A stretch of DNA of 61,503 nt, filler included, from Stramenopiles sp. TOSAG23-6 (taxonomy: Eukaryota), in NCBI GenBank assembly GCA_900128565.1. It is 4 parts of 4 records of this genome, joined end to end, with 100 filler letters (N's around TTAATTAATTAA, not from the genome) between each part and the next. Parts side by side here need not be neighbours in the genome. Positions count along the whole stretch, not along the records: positions 46,231 to 61,503 come from LT636122.1; 3 more parts are not named here. One strand, given 5' to 3'. Each line of letters opens with the position of its first letter. Within the stretch, counting starts at the first letter, position 1. This document shows, one piece after another, positions 46,231-57,606 of the stretch. The notes under the pieces were generated by a model. That model saw only the letters and a program-made list of their open reading frames with translations. It was not told the DNA's origin and did no database searches. Made by a program: the position numbers and the translations under genes.

Positions 46231-49200
46231 TATAATTCCTGCTCTTCCAAGAAGACTAAATCAGCGTGATTTTGTGAAGGCTATAAAATGGACTCGTAAA
46301 ATTGTACAAGATGAAGGACATGTTATGCCTCAGTTACTTCATATATGGAGAATCATTACTCGCCATCCTCGTCTTTTTTACCCTTATCGATCTGAGTTTA
46401 TTTTGCATATTATTTCATCCTTAAACCGATTTGGTCTCTCTCACAAAGTATCTAATGCAAATAGACGTCTCGCCTTAGATCTTGTACATCTCATTATAGC
46501 ATGGGAAATGCGACGAAGGCTTCGATTCGATAATCATTCGCGTCGGAAAAGAAGTCATGATCGTGCGAATGAACCACTACGGAAAAATCCAAAGTTTAAT
46601 TCTCTTAGAAGATGGGGTTTGTCATCGAAAAAGGCTAAAAGATCTAAGATTATTGTTGGTAAAGAAGTAGTAGGTGCAAAAACGAAAGATTCTACTGAAG
46701 GGTCAGTAGTTGTAGAAAGTAGTGTAAAACAGTCTGTTGGTGTTGTTGCTGGTGTATTAGAAACATTGAGAAAACATAAACGTAAGCATGTACCTGGTAG
46801 TGCTTTTATTAAATCTATTCGAGCTTCGATGCTTTTAAATAAAAAGACAGCAACATCTAAGCGGAAAGTAAAAGTTAAGGGAAAGCAGCGTTTGAATGTA
46901 AAAAGTCAATCAAAAGTGAATTCTCGTAATAATGCTTCACAAGTCAAGAAATCTCAGAAAACTTCCGAAAAAAATGCTCGACAAATGGAAAAGATTCCAC
47001 AGCAGAATAGTGATGCTGTCGATAATTCTCTGAATAATAGTAACAAAACTCTCTCTCATGAAGCTCCATCTGGTCCCACAGAATCTATTAAGAATGAAGG
47101 TGATTCCGCAAAAACTGTTGATTCCCCTTCGAAGAAAATTCCAAATAATGTTCCAACTAAAGAAACTTCGAAGACACCAGTGACATCACAACAACAGTCA
47201 AAACAAGGCGTTAAAGTAGTTTCAGCATCAGTTGCTCATGCACTCGCAGTTGATGTGTTTGAACCGAATTCTAAAATGGCTCAAATGTTGGTAGATTTTC
47301 TTGTTAGGGTTTCACTTGTCACAGTGACATCTTCAACTGGTGCACCTGATATTGTTGAGAGAAGTTTGAGACTTTTACGAATTGCGTTGATATTATGGAG
47401 TAAAACGAATATTACTGTTTCTGATCTTGATAAAGTCTTACCCGCTGTAAAATCTCAAGAAAAAAATGCACAGAAAGTCAGTGGTTCTGTACGTGCATTG
47501 AATGACCTGAAGTTAGCAAGGGCTAGGGTTGCAGCTGCAAAATTGAAGAAAGACCAAAATGCCCTTATTCTTGCAAAACAAGCTGAAGCGAAGGCAAGAG
47601 CTAAAGTCAATTTGTCACAGGCCATGACTCCTTCTTCAGGAAAAAAATCGGAAACAAAGCGTCCTTCGCGTCTTCTATTGTCTACTATATTAACTCTGTT
47701 GAACGCAGTAGTGGATGCTGGTCGCAACCCATTTGAAAAAAATGCCACTGTACGTGCCGAGAGAATCCTTTCATATTGTTTTCTTACGGATTCACCAAAG
47801 GTCCAAATTCAATTGCGAAAGCTCATCAGTCAAATGATGAATAAGTTTAGTCATCGTGATCAAATTTTAGACACTGAGAGAAGTATATCATTTAGTGATC
47901 AATTACGAATCAGTATTTCATCTTCATTGAAGGTGCATAGTCGATTAGGTGCTACTACTAATTCTTCAATTGGTGGCCTTGATTGTGATTTTAGTTTATT
48001 GAATAATTCTCAATTTTATTTTAAATCATTTGTTGCGACAGACGCGTTGCTATTTTTATGTCACGAAATACCAAGACAGTGTGATCATTATGCTGACGCT
48101 CTTGTAAAATTAGCTGTACAACTTACTACTGGTCATTTAATGCATATACGAGCTCTGAGAGTGAATGAGAGAAAAAAAATGTATACTGTAAAGGAAAGTC
48201 CTAGTATAAGAAGCTCACCAGCTAAGAAAGGGAAAAGTCGAAAAGGAGAAATCAGTAAAGCCTCAGGAAGAAAAACTGGATCAAAAAAGAGTAAGTTGTC
48301 ATCCCCTAAACATAGTTCGAAATCAGCGAATAAGTTGAAGAAGCCTATATTGAAAGTGGAGCCAATCTTACAGAAACATCCGACGTTAGTTCTTGCTACT
48401 TTGAAAAATACGATAATTTTACTAGGAAATCGAATTCTGAGACTACCAAAGCAGAGGTCTGAATTTTTTTCAGTGTTGTTTGCAATTTTACGAGATTCGA
48501 GTGACTTAAGTTTATTGAATATAGTATTTGATTTAGTAGATGGTTGGCTTGCAGATCAATCATTGATGGGTCAATCAGAATTAAAAATGTTTTCACGAAA
48601 TGTACGTAAAGAGAATACCCCACCTATTGATGTGGTACAGGATGAAAAAAAAACTACTGAAGAAAGTGGAAGCATTGTCGTTGGTGTTGTAGAACCTGTA
48701 TCATCTCAACCAATTGCTAAAAATAGAAGTGATGAAAAGAGTGCAATCAAAATGGGTTCAGACAGCTCATTGAAGAGCAATATCAAGCCTTGTAAAGCAA
48801 TGAAGTGTAATAAGATTATTGTACCTCTGAACTCGTCAGAAAAAACTGCGTTTGTCCGTATAATGCGGGGTGCGATAAAGCATGCTTTGGTGCCTCCTGA
48901 TACAACAAGCAAACACGCGAAGAGATCGAAAAGTAACTCAAAATCAACGAAAAAGTTGCAAGGAATTGCAGGTGTTGAAGCAAAATTAAATGATAGAAAT
49001 GTTGATGTATCAATTAGGCGTGCTAAAATAATGAAGCGATACTTGAGTATAGTTAGGCACTTACTCGATATGGGACACGGTCCTCTACATCATCCAAAAT
49101 CTCTTCATTTTGGTGGTAAACTTGCTACGTATCTTCGGGATGCTTTAGTGCTTGGTTTGTTATCACCTGACGAAGAACAACGCAAAATATTTTTTAGTGA

Positions 49201-52200
49201 GTGGATGCAAAGTCTCGAGTGTAGGGAGACTTCCCGAGCTGCTGCTGCATTAGCTAGTATTACCTCTGTATGTAACACGCTGCGATGTGCGGGCTTGAAA
49301 GAAAATATACCTTCAGTAAATGAAAAACCACTTCCAGCATTTTCAAAACTTGGTCATAGAATGGAGTTGTTATTCTCGGAGGATTGGAGCCCAGTATCTT
49401 CTATATATTTTCTAGCTCCTATTTTGGATGCGATACTTTCACTAGTTGTATCAAATGGAGTTTGTATTTCTTTTTCTTCTCGAGGTGTAGATTCAAATGA
49501 ACTTTTAGTTAATAAAGTTGGGAATGTTTGGACCCCCTCCTTTCCTAGTAAGGTATTGAAAACATCAGCCAATGATCCTATCAGTGTGAGAAGTAGAAGA
49601 AACTGTCAATCAATTATTTCTAAAAATGAAGAGTATATACGCCGAGCTTCGGATTTTTCGATGGAATATTTGTTAATGCCTCTTCGAAACCTTATGTATG
49701 GGTCAAATGAATTAGCTCATGTTGTGTGTTCAGTTTTGTTACCAAATGTCTGGAGAGTATTCCCAACACCAATTCGTGTTGCCATGTTATCTCCAATCTC
49801 GCGTTTTCTCACTGATGTCTGTCATTCAAGTCAACCTCTTGGCCAGCGAAATGTTATTCAATCTGTTTTGGAAGGTTTGTATGTTTTATTTTTTTTCAAA
49901 TTCGAAGTTTTTTTTTCGTACGAAAGTTTGTACCTAACGATTTTTTTTTCAAATATTTTTCCAAAATACTTGTTACATGCGCCGTTTCCAATGTGTATTC
50001 CGACAGAAGTTCTTTCACACGTTGCTCATGAACACCAGTGTTGGTACATTGCAATAACATTGATTGAACGTAAACTTTCTCGCACAAAAATTTCTGCTGA
50101 ACGTGACATGTATGTTTTATTTTTTTTCAAATTCCATTTTTTTTTCATAGGAAATTTTGTACCTAACAATTTGTTTTTGAAATATTTTTCCAAAATACAT
50201 GTGCCGTGATGCTCTGGAGAAGATATATACTTCTCTAAATATGGATGATGTTGCTTTGGGCTTACGTAGGCGTTTTTGTCAGATTCCCGATTCTCTGCTA
50301 GCTCTTACATTAGAGACATATGGCTATTGGGATGATGCGCAAGATTCATACTATCGAACGATCCGTCAGCTTCATTCAGGTCAAATTCCTCACAATATCG
50401 TGGATCCATTTGAACTTCGTCTTTGGGAAGAACGATGGGTGGAATGTTCGAAACAATTAGGACATTGGGAAATGCTCAGTACGTTAGCTACTGTTACATG
50501 TGATACACAGTTACAATTGGATTGTGCTGAGAAGCTAGCGGATTGGAATGTTGTAAAGTCTATTTGTGGTGGTGGCCGAAATTCGATGCTACTCTCCGAG
50601 GATGGTGGTGGTGTTCATGCACCTCTTTATAGTAAATTGGCCCTAGAAGGTTGGGATGTGAAATATACTGCACGTAATTTGATAACGAGTATTTATGCTA
50701 CTTTACATACTAGTGATGGATGTGCCAATGAATTACGAAGTCTTCATCATGCGAGAAATCTTCTACTCGAAGACTGGCAGAAACTCCCGACTGTTGTATC
50801 TAATACCCATGTCCCGCTTCTGCAACAATGTCATATGTTAGTGGAATGTGATGAATCGATGAATATCATTTCAAAGGTGTCATTAGCTCAGCACACGGAT
50901 GAAGTTCCAGATCTCAAGAATATCTTATCCACTTGGCGCGAGAGACTTCCTAATAAATGGGAGAGAGTTTCAATATGGGACGATTTATTAACGTTTCGTA
51001 GTCATACATTCACATCAATAATGAAAAACTTTTATTATGAAGACGCCCTTCGTGCTCGATTACAAGATGCGCCATGGACGGTGATCAAACTTGCCCAGGT
51101 TGCTCGACGTCAAGGTCTTTGTAATATGGCGCTTCATGTATTAGGTAAATTATTTAGAGTTTCTACAATGGATGTTCAAGATGCCTTCGAAAAATTGCGG
51201 GAACAAATTCTTATATGCTACAATGCAGCAGGTTGCGAGGACTCCAATCGAAGTACTGATCTTGATATCGCTACTGCGGGATTAAATACTATTAATAGTA
51301 CAAATCTTGAGTGGTTTTCGGCCAATCAAAAGTCTGAATTATTTCGCTTAAAAGGTTTGTTTCTTTCTGCACTTGGTGACAATGATCAAGCAAATATTCA
51401 GTTTTCGCGTGCCATGCAGATTGACAATAAACACAGCAAATGTTGGTTGTCTTGGGGTCGTTATTTAGATAGTGTATATAAAAAATCAAAAGGCGACAAG
51501 AATATTAATGTAGCAGCACAAGCTGTATGTTGTTATTTACAAGCTGTAAATCACAAGACTGAAGGTGCCCGACTTGTCTTAGCACGTGTATTGTGGTTAA
51601 TGAGTAATGACGATGAGAAAGGTACAATAAAAGGTACATTTCAAAAATATGGAGATAGAATGCCTCTATGGATCTGGATTATTTGGATTCCGCAATTATT
51701 AACAGCTCTTGTTCGCCCAGAGGCTCCGAAAGTTCGCTCAATTATGCTTCATTTGGCAACTGTTTATCCACAATCTTTGTATTATACTCTCCGTGCATTT
51801 TTACTAGAAAAAAGAGAAATTCCTAAAGATAAAAATGATGAAAAAGAAAAGAAGGAATCTATTGACGCCAAACCTAAAGATGGGAAGGAATCGTCTAGCG
51901 CACAGCTGAAGCCTATGGACATTGATTCTAAAGATGAGAAAAATGCACCAACGAAGTCAAGCCCTTCAGAAAAACCTACTCGTATCGACTCTGTGAAATA
52001 TGCGGAAGAGCTTGTGGCATACATTCGAAGAGCACATCCTGCTCTTGCTTCTGAAATCGAAAGAATGCTTGAAGAATTAATTGTACGCTTTAAGCCATCT
52101 CCAGAAGAAGAACTGGAAAGTGCCGTACATGCTCTTCTCGCTAAATGCTTTCAATTACCTCACTCAGCTGACAACAAGAGTATTCCCGTGTCTTTGTGTA

Positions 52201-53939
52201 CGACGTTGAAGCGTGTATGTCGAAAGTTCTTTGCTGAATCAACGAGTATAAAGAGCCCTAAACATCGACGTTTTGTCATGGCGTATAAAGAACCTTTTGA
52301 AATGGATTTACTACCGATACTTAACGATGTTGAATCTCCTGAGAAATTATCTCCCGGCGAACAGAGAAAAAACCCGGAATTTCCATCAACTTTAGAAGGT
52401 GTTATTAATAACCTCAGACGCTGGAAAATATTTCTTCGCTGCCGTGTGCGTGAATTGCCTTCAGTCGTACGGATGCATAGTAGTAGTAGATATCTCGCAG
52501 AGTTTTGTTCCCATTTGATTGAAGTACCTGGTCAATATATCGAAGAAAGAGAACCGAAACCGAAATTACATGTGAAAGCCCATCGATTTGAACAAGATGT
52601 ACATGTGTTGCATCGTCATGGTTTTTCACAACGTCGAATTGGTATTCTCGGTTCTAATGGGAAAAAATATTACTTTTTAGTTCAATTTGCTATCCCTCAT
52701 ATCACGCGAACCGACGAGCGAATGGTGCAGCTTCGTGTATTTTTCAATCGCCTTTTGAATAAGCATGAAGAAACTAGACGCCGCAGCCTCACATTCCATT
52801 CGGATGCAGTAGTTCCTATAACCCCTAGAGTTCGTCTAGTTCGCGACTATACATCTTCCACTTCACTCGAGAATATAGTAGCACAATCTTTGGCTACTCG
52901 ATCTCGTGCGAAGGAATTAAATTTGTGTATGCATGATACAAATAGCAATGATTATACTATAGAAAACGAGTTTGTTGATGCAGATGAACCTATTATGGAG
53001 TTTAGGAAAATTCAAAGGATGCTATTAGATAGCGAGGCTAATAAGAGTGACTCTTCTAACTCTTCCAAAGAAACATCACAAAGCAAACATAAGTTGCGTG
53101 CTTTTCGCCAAATATGTAAAAAAATGCCACCTGATATTCTTCAGAGATTTTTAGCACGATCAACAAAAACTGTTGATGAGTTATTTTCATTACGACATAC
53201 TATGGCTAAACAACTCGGTTTAAGCTCCTTCTTGTGTAATGTTTTATCAATAGGTGACCGGGTACCTCATCGCTTTGGTTTGTCACTAGCAACAGGAACT
53301 ATAATTACTTCCGAATTTCGACCAAACTACAATCATAATGGATTATTAGATACGAGGGAAGCAGTACCTTTCAGACTGACGCGAAATCTTCAAGTTGCAT
53401 TGGGTGATTTTTTAATTGATGGTGTGATGAGTTCAGCCATCGCTACTACAGCAATGTGCTTGGAGTCGCGTAAGGAGTTGGTGGATGATTACTTACAGCT
53501 TTTTATGCGAGATGATTTATTATCTTGGCATGCGTCCAAGACCCCCCCGAGAAGTGAAAAGGCTGAACGCGCAATGCAGTCTCATCTTCAGGAACGAGTT
53601 GAACGAAACGTTCAATCATGTCTTGCAAATATTTCTCGTCTTGTCCCGAATCACAAACCAATGCCTCGAAGTTTATTGCGAACAGATGATGCTCTTGCTG
53701 CATCAGTTGCTGCTGTTCGACAGGCTCGGTTTGCTTTAGAGAAGAAGAGAAATGGAGCTGAATCTTTTCATAGCAGCTGTAATTCTGCAATTGGTGGCGG
53801 TGTAGGTGGTGCATTTGGAGCTTGTTCCACTGCTACTGCAAGCAAGGCAATAGATAGAAATGTATTTGCATTAATTGCTGCAGCTACAAATGAAGATAAT
53901 TTGTGTCAAATGCCTGCAACCTGGCAGCCTTGGTTGTAG
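46231..53939 (+). CDS. TRRAP: TRRAP/Tra1 (PIKK pseudokinase), 5'-truncated; exons 46231-49878, 49972-50109, 50201-53939
   Basis: WTRKIVQDEGH, FAT-domain motifs (TWRERLPNKWE, WIPQLL, YPQSLYY), EAVPFRLTRN, FATC end LCQMPATWQPWL. Confidence 0.95.
49879..49971 (+). mobile_element. Family intron, GT..TT, 93 nt (3n, stop-free)
   Basis: TTGT direct repeat; removal gives VLEGL|LHAPFP. Confidence 0.85.
50110..50200 (+). mobile_element. Family intron, GT..AT, 91 nt
   Basis: ACATGT direct repeat; ERDM|CRDALE; removal required to keep the TRRAP frame. Confidence 0.9.
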
Positions 53940-54070
53940 GTACTAAATACAGCTAGCATATAATACATTGTATAATTGAAATAAAAAATTATCATTTCCA
54001 TTTATTTTTTTTAATAGTTTATAAATCTATCACGTCTACATGACACATAGCTCTAACATGGTTGTATGCT

Positions 54071-55078
54071 TCAAAGGAAATAAGATGGAACCCGTCTTTC
54101 TCCTTTATTGTCAGCAGTTGGAAATGTTCCACTTTCTCTTTCTGCAGCATCAAATTGCGTTTCCCTACAATTACAATGCTCATCGATTTCCATTACAGCA
54201 GCTATATTTCCACACCGATAACAATAATTTGGGGCAGAGAAGAGTGTAATTGTACCTTTGTTATGAGCCCACTCATAACCGTCCATTACTAATTGATGAG
54301 CTCTACAGACTGATCGCAGGCCATTTACGTGCAAAAACTTTTCAGTAATATCTGCACCCCAAGTATATCCAGCTCCACGTGGTGAAATTCCCCAACCAGA
54401 TGTTTCTGTGTCAGGATCAGACCACAATAGGTCGCAAACTGGTCCTTCGTGAGGTACTTCTTGTACTCGAGCCAATTTTCGAGCTTGTTCTAAAGTTTCA
54501 ATCGAAGGCGAAAGACCTCCATGTAAGCAGAAGAATTTCTCAGCAACAACAGCAGCAAGTGGCAAATAATCAAAAGTGTCTGTAAACATTTGCCAAACGG
54601 TGGCACTACCATATTTGCGAAGGCATTCATCATAAAAACCATACACCTGTGTAATTTGACGAGATTCATGGTTACCACGTAACAACGTTACTCTGTTGGG
54701 CCAACGAACTTTGAGGACAAAAAGAAGGGTAACAACTTCAACAGAGAAGCTACCACGGTCTACATAATCTCCCATGAAAAGTAAATTTACATCTGGAGGT
54801 TTACCTCCAACTTGGAAGAGTTCCATAAGATCCACGAATTGACCGTGCACATCACCGCATACGGTAACTGGAGCAGGAACATCAACAACTACGGGAGACT
54901 GAAGAAAAATTTCTTTGGCTTTATCACACAGTCGTCGTATATTATCTTCTGATAAAATATTTCTGCCCATAACTCTTTCAATCCATCCTTGAACCTCTTC
55001 ATCTGTGAGACCTTTCGGAGCTCCAACTGCAGAAGTTACACCTAGTGTTCGTTCTGCAGATGCTAAAATATTTTCCAT
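54071..55078 (-). CDS. PPP-family Ser/Thr phosphatase catalytic subunit (PP2A/PP4-like)
   Basis: [30 protein letters not shown]-terminal YFL. Confidence 0.95.
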   Translation of the reverse strand: MENILASAERTLGVTSAVGAPKGLTDEEVQGWIERVMGRNILSEDNIRRLCDKAKEIFLQSPVVVDVPAPVTVCGDVHGQFVDLMELFQVGGKPPDVNLLFMGDYVDRGSFSVEVVTLLFVLKVRWPNRVTLLRGNHESRQITQVYGFYDECLRKYGSATVWQMFTDTFDYLPLAAVVAEKFFCLHGGLSPSIETLEQARKLARVQEVPHEGPVCDLLWSDPDTETSGWGISPRGAGYTWGADITEKFLHVNGLRSVCRAHQLVMDGYEWAHNKGTITLFSAPNYCYRCGNIAAVMEIDEHCNCRETQFDAAERESGTFPTADNKGERRVPSYFL

Positions 55079-55583
55079 TGTTTCTAATTATTCTAACTAC
55101 TGAAGATCAACTATTAACAATCTTTCTATTTAATACTCTTACCAATAACTCCCTAGCCGGAGACGGTACAATTAACACAGCACCTTTTTACTATACCTAC
55201 TATTCGAAAATGATGTTTTATGGATACTACTACTTATATTGCGTTTGTTGTGTGTGAACTCTCGAACTGTTGTTTTTTTCGGTCGAAGTTTTNTTAAATC
55301 TAAAATTGGTCTGTTGAAAATTAGGGTTCCGATCGATAGGGTAGGTATAGGGTTAGGGCTTCAAAATGTTTTTTTTTGTATATCAAAATGCTATCAAAAT
55401 AGCAAAATGTTTTTTTTTGTACGCGCGCCACGTCGGCCTTTGGTGGCCATGTACATTTATATACTTTCGTAGTAGTAATACCTGGTACTGCTGCATTATA
55501 AGATATATATGGTGGTGAATATAAGACATTGAGATTAAGGCTACATTTTACACATATTAAAAAATTTCGTAAACAGTTTTCAA

Positions 55584-57480
55584 ATGTCGCATCTGTCGGG
55601 AAAAGGTCGTCGACGGAGAAACACCCGTGATAATAATTTTCTCTTTTCCATCGAGAAGAGATTACACAGACTGTCATTGAAGAATAAAATTGATCTCAGT
55701 ACATCGCAAAAGAAAGTGAATATTGAAGACCATTCTCTTTCGAAGGAAGATCAAAATATTCGTTTGCCTGACGTCAAAGTTTGTGGTGAAATTATTCGAC
55801 TAATTTGTATTTTGAAACGCTTTGCTTTGAAAAACATAACTTGCCACGATAATGTCCGTAAACCCAACAGCCAAGAAAACTCAACCGACACTTCATACGA
55901 TATCGATACTATAGAATACCCCCCAATGATTGATTTTATGAAAGGCCTGATGAATTTTCAACAATCTGCATCCAACGCAAATTTATCTTTTGAAGGTTTA
56001 ACTTGTCAATATCTCAAGAAATTGAATTTATCTTGGTCAGATTTAATGAACGATTTGGAAGACTCTAGGACTGAGAAATTTATAACATATATTTTATCAT
56101 TGAGCCAAGAAAATACCAATGAATTAATTGATCGTGCTGTTTACGAAGTTATTGATGTTTTGTACGTCTTTCCACATACATTTTAATTTTTTTTTTTGTT
56201 AGAAAATTTGTACCTAACAATTTTTTATTGTTTTTGAAATGTTTTTCACAATTTGCGGGCGCCAACATTAAAAATGCGATAAATTCTTCAAATTTCGAGA
56301 GTGAGAAAACAAATAAGGTCATTGATACGTGTTCAACTTCAAGGTTGAGGGAGAAATTTTCTACAGAAAATTTAACTGTGTACGTTTTCAAAATTGAATT
56401 TTTATCTTTTTTTTTCATACGAAATTTTGTACCTAACGAAAAATAAATCAAATTTTTGAAATAGTTTTTTCAATACATGAGCGGTCTGTACAAGTATAGT
56501 AAAAAACATGCTAGTGGAAGTGTAACAAGATTACTTGGTTTCAAAAGTATCGGATTGTTCAAGTATGCAGGTAACATGTATGTTTGTCATCATACATTTA
56601 AAATTTCAAATTTATTTTTTTTCATACGAAATTTTGTACCTAAACAAAAATTTGTTTTTTTAAAGTATCTACGTTTTCATCATTCATTTCAAATTTCAAA
56701 TTTTATTTTTTTGTACAAAAAATTATGTACCCAACGTTTTTTTTAGATGATGTTTATCATTATACACTTAAAGTTTAAAATTTATTTTATGTACCTATTC
56801 CTACAATTTCTACATTTTCAAGTTTTGTTAGGGTTAGGGTTAACCCTAACCTAGCCCTAACCCTACATTTTCAAGTTTTGTACTATCCCTAATAAGTTTC
56901 AAACTTTTAATATATTTGTTCAAAGTCCAGAATATGGAACTATAGAACTCATTGTATTGAGCATACTCAAGGTAGTAAAGTTAAATGGACAATCGGTAAA
57001 ACAACTTCGGTGATAGATGTTGAATTTGGTGATCGCAGCATTGGAAAAATCATCATTCTAGGTGGATTAGTGCCATGTATGTTTTTTTTTTTTTTTACAA
57101 AAAAATCAAATTTATTTTTCGTACGAAATTTTGTACCTAACCATTTTTATTTTTTTGAAATATTTTTCCAAAATACATGTATGGTACTTTCTGCTATTGA
57201 AACACACCCAGGTCCAGATACTAGAAATGGAATTCAGTTAGATTTTAGAGTCTTGAGTGATTTAGAAATAATGTCTTTAGAGAAGAACTCTCAGATGAGT
57301 ACAAAAAAAAAAGCCAGTATTTTGAAAAGTTTAAAGAGAATTCAAGTAGTGGACCGGGTTCGTTTCCATTTCTTTTTGAGTAGAGATAAAAAGGGCATAC
57401 ATTTACTGGGAAACAGGCTCTCAGATGATCATAATATTACTAGTGAAGATGCATTATCAGAATTATTCATCCGCAAATAA
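55584..57480 (+). CDS. Hypothetical protein, 5 exons (55584-56161, ~56257-56379, 56479-56577, 56931-57076, 57179-57480)
   Basis: Four family introns with consistent phases. Confidence 0.65.
56162..56256 (+). mobile_element. Family intron, GT..GC (or GT..TT ending 56253)
   Basis: Core present; both acceptors in frame, neither AG. Confidence 0.7.
56380..56478 (+). mobile_element. Family intron, GT..AT, 99 nt
   Basis: NLTV|SGLYK. Confidence 0.8.
56578..56930 (+). mobile_element. Compound family intron, GT..AG, 353 nt, with several decayed cores and an inverted telomeric tract
   Basis: AGNI|IWNYRT; core variants at ~56625, ~56713 and ~56790. Confidence 0.65.
57077..57178 (+). mobile_element. 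Family intron, GT..AT, 102 nt (3n, stop-free)
   Basis: CATGTATG 8-nt direct repeat; LVPC|MVLS. Confidence 0.85.
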
Positions 57481-57606
57481 CATGATATTTTAGACATTTT
57501 TGACTTTGTACAAGTTATCTTGAAAATCATGATACTTTGAATATTCTTAAAAAAGTAAATACATTTAAAATATTTCTATTTTATCATAGCAAAGAAAGTT
57601 CTTTTA

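Noticed and set aside
50110-50200. Elements as gene-inactivating insertions or DNA-excised IES-like segments
   Set aside because: Host frames, including TRRAP, are otherwise intact and all 34 copies are sense-oriented with donor-like and branch-like motifs, which favours RNA splicing. Not formally excluded without transcripts.
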